A DNA stretch of 64,000 bases from an uncultured Pseudomonadota bacterium (GTDB lineage Bacteria; Pseudomonadota; Alphaproteobacteria; Rs-D84): the NCBI GenBank assembly GCA_902787665.1, contig CADAHF010000002.1, forward strand, positions 2,637 to 66,636. Reading direction: 5' to 3'. Positions within the stretch are counted from its first letter, which is position 1, and each line of letters begins with the position of its first letter. Of this stretch, positions 51,837 through 61,416 are shown piece by piece. Both the position numbers and the translations under genes were made by a program. The notes under the pieces were generated by a model. That model worked only from the letters and a program-made list of their open reading frames with translations. It did no database searches and had not been told where the DNA came from.

Positions 51837-53441
51837 ATGAAAAAAACAGGAACTTTATTTATTGGTTTTATGTTGCTTTGTGCACTGGTGGCAGTGTGTG
51901 CAAATCTGTTTGGTATAACACAAACAGCAAAACATAATGGTGTTATGGAAACAGAATATGGTGCTTTTCTGGCTGCACAGCACGCAATATACAACAATGA
52001 TTTTGATATGGCTGCAGAATATGGTGCAAAACTTAGCGACACCAATATAGCGGCGGTTAAAAATGTCAAAATTATTGCCGATTTCTTAAGCGGACGATTA
52101 CCAGAAAACGCGTCTGATTTAGCCAAGGAATCTGGAACACCTGCGCGTCTTGTATATGATGCATATTTAGTCGGGCAGGGCGATTGGGATAAATTATATA
52201 CGCGACACAAAAATGACGATTCGGCATTGATTGCACCGTTACGCATCATATCGTCTGTTGCGATAAATCATCGAACAGAAGCAATAAAGTTTGTCAATTC
52301 GCTGCAAACCAATGATTCATGGAAATCGTTTGTGCGCGGACAAATATATGCAGAAAGTGGAAATATTGAAAAAGCCTCTGCAGAGTTTTCATCTGTGTCT
52401 GTTGATTTTATGAACATAAACGATTACTTGTACATAATGTCATTTTATCGTCACAATAATTTAACAGAACTGGCCGATGCATTGCGTGACGATTTTACAT
52501 CACGTCCAGGCGGTATGTTTATGCTTGATTACAATGATATTCCAGATTGGTCTGTTTTTTCCGGACTACAAAACGCGCTTGCGTTCAGTTTAATTCAAAA
52601 TGTTTCGCATACACATGTTATGATGTATTCAGACCTGTCCATTTTATTGTTGCGTTTTGCACAAATTATAATGTCAGATAATACCAATCACGACGCTATA
52701 AATTATTATGTCGGTCAATATTTTTTCAGCAATAACGGTAATTACAATCAGTATTTTGATAAAGTGAGTCCGAAAAGTCCGTTTTATTTATTTGCTGTTT
52801 TACGAGATTGCGAAACAAGTGGCGATATAGGCAAATTAAAAAGTTTATTGCGTACAAACCCATTATTTGTGCCTGCAATGAATAAATTGGTTGCGTATTA
52901 TATTGCAAATGGCGATTTGCGCGCAGCTTTGCGTGTGTTAAATCATGCAATGAAAAATGATAATTTGTCTGATGTTTCACATGCGTTTTTATTAAAGAGC
53001 AGGGCACAGGTTTATTTTGCTTTTGACGATTTTGATAGGGCGCAATCTGATATTCATGCCGCATCCGAAGTATTAACACTTGATCCGGAAATTTTAGCAT
53101 TACAGGCAAAAATTTGGGCGGCACAGAATCGTAATCTGGATGATGCGTATGATTATGCCATGACACTTGTTCAACGCGACCCCGGCGATGTATTTGCATG
53201 GGATGTGTTGGGACGCGTCGTTGCAGCAAGGGAAGGGGTGAATGCCGCACTAGAATTAATCGAACGCGTGGGCGAAATATCAAAAGAATGCTCATCTTTG
53301 TTCGATGGTTTGGGTGATTTATACATGCAAAGTGGCGAATACGATTTAGCACGCGATGCATATATGCGGGCAATTGATTTATCAAATGATGGATTGGTTG
53401 TTGTCCCGAAAATTCAAAACAAGGTAAGGAAGTTGAAATGA
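51837..53441 (+). CDS. secreted/anchored TPR-repeat protein (534 aa)
   Basis: N-terminal hydrophobic segment. The C-terminal half has repeated A..Y..A...(D/N)P helical-pair patterns typical of TPR. Confidence 0.65.
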   Translation: MKKTGTLFIGFMLLCALVAVCANLFGITQTAKHNGVMETEYGAFLAAQHAIYNNDFDMAAEYGAKLSDTNIAAVKNVKIIADFLSGRLPENASDLAKESGTPARLVYDAYLVGQGDWDKLYTRHKNDDSALIAPLRIISSVAINHRTEAIKFVNSLQTNDSWKSFVRGQIYAESGNIEKASAEFSSVSVDFMNINDYLYIMSFYRHNNLTELADALRDDFTSRPGGMFMLDYNDIPDWSVFSGLQNALAFSLIQNVSHTHVMMYSDLSILLLRFAQIIMSDNTNHDAINYYVGQYFFSNNGNYNQYFDKVSPKSPFYLFAVLRDCETSGDIGKLKSLLRTNPLFVPAMNKLVAYYIANGDLRAALRVLNHAMKNDNLSDVSHAFLLKSRAQVYFAFDDFDRAQSDIHAASEVLTLDPEILALQAKIWAAQNRNLDDAYDYAMTLVQRDPGDVFAWDVLGRVVAAREGVNAALELIERVGEISKECSSLFDGLGDLYMQSGEYDLARDAYMRAIDLSNDGLVVVPKIQNKVRKLK

Positions 53442-54301
53442 AAGTAGGCGTAATTGGTGCAGGTGCATGGGGAACAGCACTTGGGATTATTGCTGCGCGT
53501 GGTGGCAATGATGTTGTTTTGTGGTCTTTTGACGGTCTTTATAAAATATTTGATGGTGTTGAAATGCCTGCAAATTTACATGTTTCATCGGACATGTCCG
53601 AAATGCAAGATATGGATGCATGGCTTGTTGTGACACCTGCTGCATTTTTCCGTGAAACAATGCGCAAAGCGCGCGATATTTATAACAACCAACCAATCAT
53701 TATTTGCACCAAAGGGGCAGAGCCAGAAACATGTGCATTTATGTCAGAAATCTTAACAGATGTCTTGCCAGAATGTGTAGACTTTGGCGTGTTGTCCGGG
53801 CCGCAATTTGCAGCAGAGGTTGCACATGGTATTCCAACAGGTTCGACACTTGCTGCGATGTCAATCTCGCGTGATATGGGTCATAAAATATTAAATAAAT
53901 TATACCTTGATGACAGCGATGACATTATCGGTGCCGAATATTGCGGGGTTGGCAAAAATGCTGTGGCATTAATTTGTGGATACAATGCTGTTGCTGCATC
54001 TGGCGAAAATGAACGCGCAATGATATTTACCCGCGCATGGGACGAAGTGGTTAAAATAGGGTGCGCATCTGGCGCAAAGCCGGGAACATTTCTTGGGCTT
54101 TGTGGTATTGGTGACTTGTTCTTGTCTGCGACATCAGAAACAAGCCGTAATTTTTCTGGTGGTATGGCGATTGCACAGGGTAAAGCACCCGAAGGCACAG
54201 TCGAAGGAATATCAGCATTGCACGGCCTTATTGCCCGCGCAAACAAAGCGGGGGTTGATGTGCCAATATTGAAACAAATGTGTGATAAAATGAAAATATA
54301 A
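53438..54301 (+). CDS. gpsA: NAD(P)H-dependent glycerol-3-phosphate dehydrogenase
   Basis: MKVGVIGAGAWGTALG Rossmann motif, ..GPQFAAEVA.., ..SRNFSGG... ATGA overlap with the upstream gene. Confidence 0.85.
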   Translation: MKVGVIGAGAWGTALGIIAARGGNDVVLWSFDGLYKIFDGVEMPANLHVSSDMSEMQDMDAWLVVTPAAFFRETMRKARDIYNNQPIIICTKGAEPETCAFMSEILTDVLPECVDFGVLSGPQFAAEVAHGIPTGSTLAAMSISRDMGHKILNKLYLDDSDDIIGAEYCGVGKNAVALICGYNAVAASGENERAMIFTRAWDEVVKIGCASGAKPGTFLGLCGIGDLFLSATSETSRNFSGGMAIAQGKAPEGTVEGISALHGLIARANKAGVDVPILKQMCDKMKI

Positions 54302-54328
54302 AAACACCGGCAAATGCCGGTATTTTTA
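54301..54328. terminator. bidirectional terminator CACCGGC-aaat-GCCGGT(a) between convergent gpsA and kinase-like gene
   Basis: Stem at 54305-54321. Near-identical to the hairpin at 28323. Confidence 0.7.
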
Positions 54329-55066
54329 TTTATGTGAATTATATAATTTTTCGTATTCTATTACTGTTTTAACCATTATATCTTCTGCATTACGATTTTT
54401 AAGATATTTGTGTGCAGCCAAAACATCCTGTGACCAATCGCAGAATTTTGCACTTTCCCAATCAATAACAGCTGTTATTTTGCCCGTGTGTTCATCTACA
54501 AGAAAATTACCACCAATATCATTATGTGCCCATCCATACATAAAGCCCGGTTTTGCACGAACAGACGGTTTTAAATGTTTAATAGATTTTGGATCACTTT
54601 GACCAATTGCATATAAAAATTCAGCCAACTGACGTGCTATCTTGTCACCATATTTATTCAATGTTTCCTTTGAAATACTTCCTATGGGTGTACCAGAAAT
54701 AAAATCGTATTTAAGCACATCTATTGTTTCCCCGTTCATATTCATCGGAACAATTTCCATTTTTGGTAATTTCAAAGGCGAAATCTCGCGAAACGCATCT
54801 GTAAACATCTTCTCTGTTTTTGGCGAATCATAGCGCGCTGGAACAAGTGGGAATTTATACGCCTTTCTTTTGTCCAAGACTATTATTACTTTCTTCATAC
54901 CACCGTGTCCCTGGAATATATCAATACGGACACGTTTCATATTCGCATCTTTTAAGGCAAATTTTATAAGCGGACGAATATCAAAAGTCATACGCATCCG
55001 CATACGGTGACGCAATTTACGACTTGGTATAAGTGCACATAACAAATTTACAAATATTTTACGCAT
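54326..55066 (-). CDS. APH/choline-kinase-family phosphotransferase-like protein
   Basis: GWAHNDIGGNFLVDEHTGKITAVIDWESA fits the H.D....N....(I/V)DWE catalytic and Mg-binding loop pattern. Confidence 0.6.
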   Translation of the reverse strand: MRKIFVNLLCALIPSRKLRHRMRMRMTFDIRPLIKFALKDANMKRVRIDIFQGHGGMKKVIIVLDKRKAYKFPLVPARYDSPKTEKMFTDAFREISPLKLPKMEIVPMNMNGETIDVLKYDFISGTPIGSISKETLNKYGDKIARQLAEFLYAIGQSDPKSIKHLKPSVRAKPGFMYGWAHNDIGGNFLVDEHTGKITAVIDWESAKFCDWSQDVLAAHKYLKNRNAEDIMVKTVIEYEKLYNSHK

Positions 55067-55068
55067 AG

Positions 55069-55536
55069 CTATTGTCCACGTTTTTTTCTGAAATCGTCCA
55101 ACGATACAATACGTTTGTCGTCTGGCACAGAATTAGGTTTTTCATCCAGTGGTAATTCCATATCGTTATCAGCCGCCGCAGGTGCAGTTTTATGATGAAA
55201 CGATAACATAAAATCAGTTGATGGATCTTTAAATTCAACCAATGCAGAAAAAGGCACGCGAATAAAAAATGGCCGTCCATCAAATGTTAATTGCACACCA
55301 AATTCACGGTCGGATACATTAAGGTTATTATACGAATACTGTAACACAATCGTCATTATGTCTGGATAACGCATACGCAAGAAATCAGGCAAAACAACAC
55401 CTGGGTCGCGCGTCTTGAATGTAATAAAAAAATGTGTTCCATCACCCAAGCCGTTAACCTGGGCATATACAAGTGCATCTTTGACCACCGATTTTAATGC
55501 ATTATCTAACAATTCTTGATAATTTATTTTTGCCAT
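55069..55536 (-). CDS. sspB: alpha-type SspB ClpXP adaptor
   Basis: INYQELLDNALKSVVKDAL..HFFITFKT..PGVVLPDFLRMRYPDIMTIVLQ..VPFSALVEFKDPS closely follows the remembered Caulobacter SspB-alpha sequence. Confidence 0.75.
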   Translation of the reverse strand: MAKINYQELLDNALKSVVKDALVYAQVNGLGDGTHFFITFKTRDPGVVLPDFLRMRYPDIMTIVLQYSYNNLNVSDREFGVQLTFDGRPFFIRVPFSALVEFKDPSTDFMLSFHHKTAPAAADNDMELPLDEKPNSVPDDKRIVSLDDFRKKRGQ

Positions 55537-55537
55537 T

Positions 55538-56623
55538 TTATTCCTGTCCTGGTTCCAGTATATTACTTACATTCCCATTTGCGCAAGAAACAAATACAGC
55601 GTTTGGAACATTGTCAAAAACATCTGCGTCAATACCTGTTGCCCAAACCTGTGCCTGTGTTTCGCCAAGTTTTTCAAACAGTTTTCGTCTGGCATCATTG
55701 TCTAAATGCGCAACAGCCTCATCAAGTAAAATAATTGGGTGGCGGTTTGTACGGGCATGCAACAATTTCGCATGCGCCAATATAAGTTCCAAAAGAATTG
55801 TTTTTTGTTGACCCGTGCTTGTTAATTGTACTGGCAAATTAAGTGTTTTATTGAATACACCAAAATCAGATTTATGGACACCATCAATAATCATTTTGTC
55901 TGCCACAATTTCACGCGCAGACCCAAGATATTCACGATATGCACGTTCTGTATCACCAGCGCTGCGACCATCAATCAACATTTGTTCCAACATACCCGAT
56001 ACAGACACAGCGGCACTTTCCAGAAAATAGTTTAATTCACCAGCATACTGGACACGTGCCGCTGCAATTGCGGTTGCCGTTGCAGCAATTTGATCATCCA
56101 GCGCATCTATCCAGCGCATATCTTGCCCCAATTTAAGTGCCACTGCTCGTTCACTTAACAGTTTTGTGAACCGCGCTGTGCGTCCAGAATGTGTCGAATC
56201 AAAACCAGATACAAGACGGTCAAAAAAAGCGCGTCTGTCTGCGGCAGAATCAACAAACAATCTGTCTTCGCGTGGGGTTATCCATACCATTGGTAGCCGC
56301 GCAGACAATTCACTTAATGAAGCGGCATCACCATCAATTCGACCATGACGATTTGTATCCCCAGAATTAAATTCAACAGAAACCGCCGAATCGTCATTTA
56401 ATGTAGCAAAAACAGAAAAACCACCGTTCCCACCGAAGCGCGCAATATCGACCATTTGTGCACCACGCATACCACGGTCACCAGACAGTAAAGACAAAGC
56501 TTCCAGAACAGCCGTTTTGCCCGCACCGTTTGGACCGATAACGATAACATTACCACGACCATGCGTTTTTATTCTGCATGATGTGTGATTACGAAAATCT
56601 GTGAGTACAAGTGTTTCAATCAT
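55538..56623 (-). CDS. recF: DNA replication and repair protein RecF
   Basis: LVLTDFRN, GPNGAGKTAVLEAL Walker A, signature SGGQQK-like STGQQK, LLDEAVAHLD Walker B. Start moved to MIETL. Confidence 0.88.
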   Translation of the reverse strand: MIETLVLTDFRNHTSCRIKTHGRGNVIVIGPNGAGKTAVLEALSLLSGDRGMRGAQMVDIARFGGNGGFSVFATLNDDSAVSVEFNSGDTNRHGRIDGDAASLSELSARLPMVWITPREDRLFVDSAADRRAFFDRLVSGFDSTHSGRTARFTKLLSERAVALKLGQDMRWIDALDDQIAATATAIAAARVQYAGELNYFLESAAVSVSGMLEQMLIDGRSAGDTERAYREYLGSAREIVADKMIIDGVHKSDFGVFNKTLNLPVQLTSTGQQKTILLELILAHAKLLHARTNRHPIILLDEAVAHLDNDARRKLFEKLGETQAQVWATGIDADVFDNVPNAVFVSCANGNVSNILEPGQE

Positions 56624-56631
56624 ATTAAAAG

Positions 56632-56705
56632 TGGAGGCCAGAGTCGGAATCGAACCGGCATACAAGGATTTGCAGTCCTCTGCATAACCACTCTGCCATC
56701 TGGCC
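56632..56705 (-). tRNA. tRNA-Cys (anticodon GCA), CCA encoded
   Basis: The reverse complement is GGCCAGATGGCAGAGTGGTTATGCAGAGGACTGCAAATCCTTGTATGCCGGTTCGATTCCGACTCTGGCCTCCA. Confidence 0.88.
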
Positions 56706-56800
56706 TTTGTAATGCCTTTGAATCCTAGACAAAAAATATTTGTAATTCAACATAAAAATTGCTAAGCTTAGCCCATAGTATTTGGGACAGGAAGAGGGGA

Positions 56801-58129
56801 ATGAGAAAACTGCTTGTTTTATTGATGTTTTTTCCGATCGTTGCGTTTGCAGCGGATGATTGTGCTGAATTAACATCTGTTCCTGATTCTGTATTAACAA
56901 TATCCGATGTTATTGATTTGGGTCTTTGTCGTAATCCCCAAACCGCGGCTGCTCATGCGGCACTGCGTGCACAAAAATACAATAAAAATGGGGCATATTC
57001 ATCTTATTTGCCAAAGGTTGATTTAGGTGCCAATGCTGGAAAAAACTATGAAAACAAGGATTGGAAGGATTGGAATTACAGTGCGTCTCTTGGGGCATCG
57101 TATTTATTGTTTGATTTCGGAAAACGCACATCAGATATGGCAGAAACGCTTGCCACATATCGTGCTGCTGGGTTTGATTATGATGAAACAATTCAAAATT
57201 TTGTTTATGGCATAATTGGCGCGTATTATGAGTTATTGAACGCCGATGCTGATGTAAAAAGCGCGTTATCTGCACAAACTGTTGCAAAAACAGCGCGCGA
57301 TACCGCGAAAAAGAAATTTTCGGCTGGGTCTGTCGCTCGTGCCGATGTGTTAAAGGCAGAAACAACATTGGCAAGTCGCGATTTGGCGGTTGAACGCGCA
57401 AAAAACAATCGTGAAATTGCAAAGGGAACATTACTTACAAAACTATCTTTTCCAGCTGACCAAGAAATAACCATTGCTGATATGGAATCAAAAATTGGCA
57501 GTGATGCTGAAATGAAAAGTATTGATGAATTAATCGATATTGCCCGCGAAAAGCGTCCAGACCTGTTGCGTGCAACTGCGAATAAAGACGCGGCATGGCA
57601 TCGGCGCAATTCCAGTTTTTTAAGTAATTTGCCATCGGTTAATTTGTCTGGAAGATTAAATTGGGGTGGAAACGATGTCGGTGATGTTTTTGCACCAGAT
57701 TCACAAAAAATTGGTGGATCTATCGGTGTAAGCATTTCCATGCCTTTGTTTGCTGGTTTCAAAAATATAAATAACTTACGTGCCGCTGGTGCAAGTTATG
57801 AACGCGCCAAAGAACAAGAACGCAGCACATCAAATGATGCTATGTTGGATGTGTTTAAGGCTTATCAAAATTATAAAACAGCACAAACCGTATTGAAACA
57901 AACAGAAACACTTCTTGCGTCTGCAACCGAAACAGAAAAAATGACAAGCGGTATGTACAAGGTTGGTCGTGCAACAATGCTTGACTGGCAAACAGCACAA
58001 TCAGAATTGTTAGACGCCCAAAAACAAAACAATGCGGCAAAGTATGATTTGTACATCAAACGCGCGGCGGTTGCGCTGGCGATTGGTGATATACAGGCGG
58101 AACTTGATAAAACACAGGGAAATGAATAA
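56801..58129 (+). CDS. tolC: TolC-family outer-membrane efflux protein
   Basis: Signal peptide MRKLLVLLMFFPIVAFA, duplicated helical/beta repeat layout, LTISDVIDLGL..NPQ start typical of OEP family. GAGGGGA RBS. Confidence 0.8.
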   Translation: MRKLLVLLMFFPIVAFAADDCAELTSVPDSVLTISDVIDLGLCRNPQTAAAHAALRAQKYNKNGAYSSYLPKVDLGANAGKNYENKDWKDWNYSASLGASYLLFDFGKRTSDMAETLATYRAAGFDYDETIQNFVYGIIGAYYELLNADADVKSALSAQTVAKTARDTAKKKFSAGSVARADVLKAETTLASRDLAVERAKNNREIAKGTLLTKLSFPADQEITIADMESKIGSDAEMKSIDELIDIAREKRPDLLRATANKDAAWHRRNSSFLSNLPSVNLSGRLNWGGNDVGDVFAPDSQKIGGSIGVSISMPLFAGFKNINNLRAAGASYERAKEQERSTSNDAMLDVFKAYQNYKTAQTVLKQTETLLASATETEKMTSGMYKVGRATMLDWQTAQSELLDAQKQNNAAKYDLYIKRAAVALAIGDIQAELDKTQGNE

Positions 58130-59361
58130 TGGCAAAAAACACAAAGAAAGTTGAATCAGCTATTCAAAATCGTCCATCATTTCTGCGGCGCACATTGTCG
58201 TGGGTATGGCGTAAAAAATGGTGGATATTGTTAGCAGCCGCTGTTTTGATTGGCATAAATCTTATTTGGGGCGGTGCAAAAAAATCTGACAAGGGCGAAT
58301 TTGCAACGGTACAAATTATTCATGGTGATTTACGTCAGGTTGTAACCGCAACCGGCGAAATTCAACCAGTCAACACCGTTAACATAGGTTCACAAGTATC
58401 TGGAACAATTGATAACATATATGTCGATTTTAATTCACATGTGAACAAGGGCGATATATTGTTGACCATTGAACCATCTGTATTACAGGCCCAGGTTGAT
58501 GAGTCGGCAGCATCACTGGCCAGTTCGGAATCAAAACGAAATTATGCAAAAAGCGAATACGAACGCAACAAATCGCTTTACAATGATGGTTTTATTTCAC
58601 GCGCAGAAATGGAACAATCACAAACAACTTATGAACAATCAGAGCAAGATGTTGTTCGCACCCGTTCACAATATGAACGTGCAAAAACAAATCTTGGATA
58701 TGCAACAATATCTTCACCAGTCGAAGGAACAGTAATTTCGCGTAAGGTTGATGTTGGACAAACTGTTGCAGCATCTTTCCAAACACCAGACCTGTTCGAA
58801 ATTGCCGAAGATTTAACAAAAATGCAAATTGAAACTTCGGTATCAGAGGCGGACATTGGTGTTATTAAAGAAGGTCAGCCGGTTACATTTACTGTGGATG
58901 CATATCCACAAAAAACATTTGCTGGACGCGTTCACCAAATTCGTCTGTCACCAACAACAACATCTAATGTGGTTGTTTATACTGTTGTAATATCGGTTGA
59001 TAATTCAGATTTAAGCTTGATGCCTGGCATGACCGCATTTGTTACGATCGTCATTGAAGAAAAATTTGATATTATCAAAGCACAAAATTCTGCGTTCTTG
59101 GTACGATCATTTGATTCGTTGGGTGTGGATATGGGTGACGCAAAACCGTCAACACATTTGGCTATTTTGCGCGATGGCAAAGTTGTCTTTGTGCCGTATT
59201 CCAAGGGATTAGTCACCGCCACTGAAACAGAAATTATATCAGATGAAATTCAAGATGGTGACAAAATCGTTGTCGGCAAAATTGGTGCAACCGCAACCAA
59301 TAAACCGTCTGGTGGTGGTATGGGTGGACGTCCCGGCGGTATGGGTGGTGGTCCACGTTAA
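58129..59361 (+). CDS. macA: MacA/HlyD-family periplasmic adaptor (membrane fusion protein)
   Basis: N-terminal TM, GEIQPVNTVNIGSQVSGTI lipoyl-like hairpin, coiled-coil, beta-barrel (ATISSPVEGTVISRKV), Gly-rich tail. Confidence 0.8.
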   Translation: MAKNTKKVESAIQNRPSFLRRTLSWVWRKKWWILLAAAVLIGINLIWGGAKKSDKGEFATVQIIHGDLRQVVTATGEIQPVNTVNIGSQVSGTIDNIYVDFNSHVNKGDILLTIEPSVLQAQVDESAASLASSESKRNYAKSEYERNKSLYNDGFISRAEMEQSQTTYEQSEQDVVRTRSQYERAKTNLGYATISSPVEGTVISRKVDVGQTVAASFQTPDLFEIAEDLTKMQIETSVSEADIGVIKEGQPVTFTVDAYPQKTFAGRVHQIRLSPTTTSNVVVYTVVISVDNSDLSLMPGMTAFVTIVIEEKFDIIKAQNSAFLVRSFDSLGVDMGDAKPSTHLAILRDGKVVFVPYSKGLVTATETEIISDEIQDGDKIVVGKIGATATNKPSGGGMGGRPGGMGGGPR

Positions 59362-59367
59362 GATAAC

Positions 59368-59395
59368 AATCCCCACGAAAGTGGGGATTTTTTAT
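59368..59395 (+). terminator. strong hairpin AATCCCCAC-gaaa-GTGGGGATT + T-run between macA and the permease gene
   Basis: 9-bp stem at 59368-59389 with a GNRA loop, followed by tttttat. Confidence 0.6.
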
Positions 59396-59429
59396 GCTAA
59401 TAATGTTGTGTCTTAATTTGGTGGGGAAC

Positions 59430-60647
59430 ATGACATTTGGCGATATATTAAAAGAATCTTGGGTTTCAATCAGTGGAAACAAAGTCCGGTCTTTTCTAAC
59501 GGTTTTGGGTATAATTATTGGTGTTATGGCGGTGGTGATTATGGTTGCCGTCGGAGAAACAGTTGAAAACGAAATTACTGATCAATTTTCTGCACTGGGA
59601 ACGAACACAATTATGGTGCGTGCGGGTGTTGCGCGTATGGGTGGTGTGCGAACAGGAAATATGCAGACACTAACAATGCAAGATGCAGAATATATTGCAT
59701 CATTGCCAGATGTGTTGGCGGTAAGTCCCGTGCAAACCACCGGGGCCCAGGTAATTTATGGTAATCAAAATCAATCAACATCATTAATGGGTGTTTATCC
59801 GTCATATACGGCTGTTCAAAATGTAGAAATTGAATATGGAACATTTTTTAATCAATTTGATGTGCGTAATGCAGCAACTTATGCTGTTATGGGGCCAGAA
59901 ATAGTAAATAAATTGGAAATGCCACCTGACCCCGTTGGGCAAATTATTCGTGTTCAAAACATACCGTTGACGGTTATTGGTGTGACGAAAGCTAAGGGTG
60001 ATTCGGCAATGGGGTCAATGGACGATATGATTTTGATTCCAATTACTACACTTAAAAAACGGGTCCAGGGCAGTCGTTTTCCAAATGCAGTGCAAATGAT
60101 TGTTATAAAACTTTACCCCGATGCAGACAGCACGCTTTTTGTTGAACAGTTGACATCTATATTGCGTCAGCGACATCGATTAAAAAAAGACGAAGAAAAC
60201 GATTTTCAGATAATGGATATGAAACAGATTATGGAAGCAATGACAACGGTGACGGGTTATATGAAATTGTTGCTGATTGCGATTGCGGCAGTATCGTTAT
60301 TGGTTGGCGCAATTGGAATTATGAATATGATGTTGGTGTCGGTCGCAGAACGCACGCGTGAAATTGGGATACGCAAGGCAATCGGTGCGCGCGAAAGACA
60401 AATTATAATACAATTTTTGGCAGAATCGGTTTTGATATCGTTTATTGGTTCAATGGTGGGACTGATTATCGGTGTTGGTCTGTCCCAGGGTGTGGGACGT
60501 CTTATATTACATTATCATGTGCCGTTTTCGTTGTGGCCGGTATTGTTGTCATTAACTGTTGCGGTTGTTGTGGGATTGGCGTCTGGTGTTGTCCCAGCAT
60601 TCAAAGCCGCAAAACTTAATCCGATTGATAGTTTAAAATATGAATAA
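59430..60647 (+). CDS. MacB/FtsX-type ABC transporter permease (no fused ATPase domain)
   Basis: SGNKVRSFLTVLGIIIGVMAVV TM1, large periplasmic domain, then three C-terminal TM with ERTREIGIRKAIGA FtsX motif. Start moved to MTFGDIL. Confidence 0.8.
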   Translation: MTFGDILKESWVSISGNKVRSFLTVLGIIIGVMAVVIMVAVGETVENEITDQFSALGTNTIMVRAGVARMGGVRTGNMQTLTMQDAEYIASLPDVLAVSPVQTTGAQVIYGNQNQSTSLMGVYPSYTAVQNVEIEYGTFFNQFDVRNAATYAVMGPEIVNKLEMPPDPVGQIIRVQNIPLTVIGVTKAKGDSAMGSMDDMILIPITTLKKRVQGSRFPNAVQMIVIKLYPDADSTLFVEQLTSILRQRHRLKKDEENDFQIMDMKQIMEAMTTVTGYMKLLLIAIAAVSLLVGAIGIMNMMLVSVAERTREIGIRKAIGARERQIIIQFLAESVLISFIGSMVGLIIGVGLSQGVGRLILHYHVPFSLWPVLLSLTVAVVVGLASGVVPAFKAAKLNPIDSLKYE

Positions 60648-60673
60648 AAGACCGGCATTTGCCGGTGTTTTTT
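60646..60673. terminator. bidirectional terminator ACCGGC-attt-GCCGGT between convergent permease and bamB-like genes
   Basis: Stem at 60651-60666 flanked by A4 and T6. Confidence 0.7.
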
Positions 60674-61406
60674 ACTTTATTTTTTCACCAGTTATCGCAT
60701 CAAACTTTTCTTTTGCTACTGTAATAATTTTATTTTCATATTTTGGGGCGGTTTGTTTTTTGATCGTCGCATTCCAATATGCCGCGCCATCACTATCACG
60801 TAATGCGTACAGATTGTTATTTGTCGTGACAACATAAATAACATTGTTGGCGATTGTAAATGGCTGTGCAACGGCAATCTCTACACACCATTTTTTTGCA
60901 CCATTATTTGCGTTTATTTTACAAAATGCGTCCCCCAGCCCGCCGACATATACAAACGAATCACGCACCACAATCGGTGCAACAATATCCAAAACGGATG
61001 CGCCACCCATCATATTGCTTGCCCTGTAAATATCAGCAATCCAGACGATTTGACGATTTGATGCATTTATCTTTATTAATTCGCCAGTTGTTAATCCGGC
61101 ATAGATAAATTTACCGCTGCATACCGGGGCTGCATCATGTTTAACCGCGTTTGTTGTTGGAAACCCAGTAAAAATTTTGCGACCACCGTTCCAAATTGTG
61201 TTAGACGAATCTTGGGTATACGGACAATTTACATCCGTCATTTCAAAGGCGTTATCGGGCAGGACGGTTATTTTTGCGTCGGTTGTTTTAATCGTACTTG
61301 TATCAAAAATCGATGTTCTCGTTCCCGGTAAAATCGGGTCGTGTTTTTCACAGGCACCTAATACAACCAAACACATCAAACCAAAAATAACAGTGCTTTT
61401 ACGCAT
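60672..61406 (-). CDS. bamB: BamB-like PQQ-repeat beta-propeller lipoprotein (short, 244 aa)
   Basis: Lipobox VVLGAC. Repeated ..G.L..(I/L)(N/D)...G...W motifs; sits downstream of a YfgM-like gene as in the yfgM-bamB arrangement. Confidence 0.55.
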   Translation of the reverse strand: MRKSTVIFGLMCLVVLGACEKHDPILPGTRTSIFDTSTIKTTDAKITVLPDNAFEMTDVNCPYTQDSSNTIWNGGRKIFTGFPTTNAVKHDAAPVCSGKFIYAGLTTGELIKINASNRQIVWIADIYRASNMMGGASVLDIVAPIVVRDSFVYVGGLGDAFCKINANNGAKKWCVEIAVAQPFTIANNVIYVVTTNNNLYALRDSDGAAYWNATIKKQTAPKYENKIITVAKEKFDAITGEKIK

Positions 61407-61416
61407 ATATGCAACC

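Noticed and set aside
52726-53508. 260-aa minus-strand ORF, and also 51821..52249 (142 aa)
   Set aside because: Both are antisense to the well-supported TPR gene and the gpsA start. Composition is Pro/His/Arg-rich and typical of antisense frames. No RBS is present.
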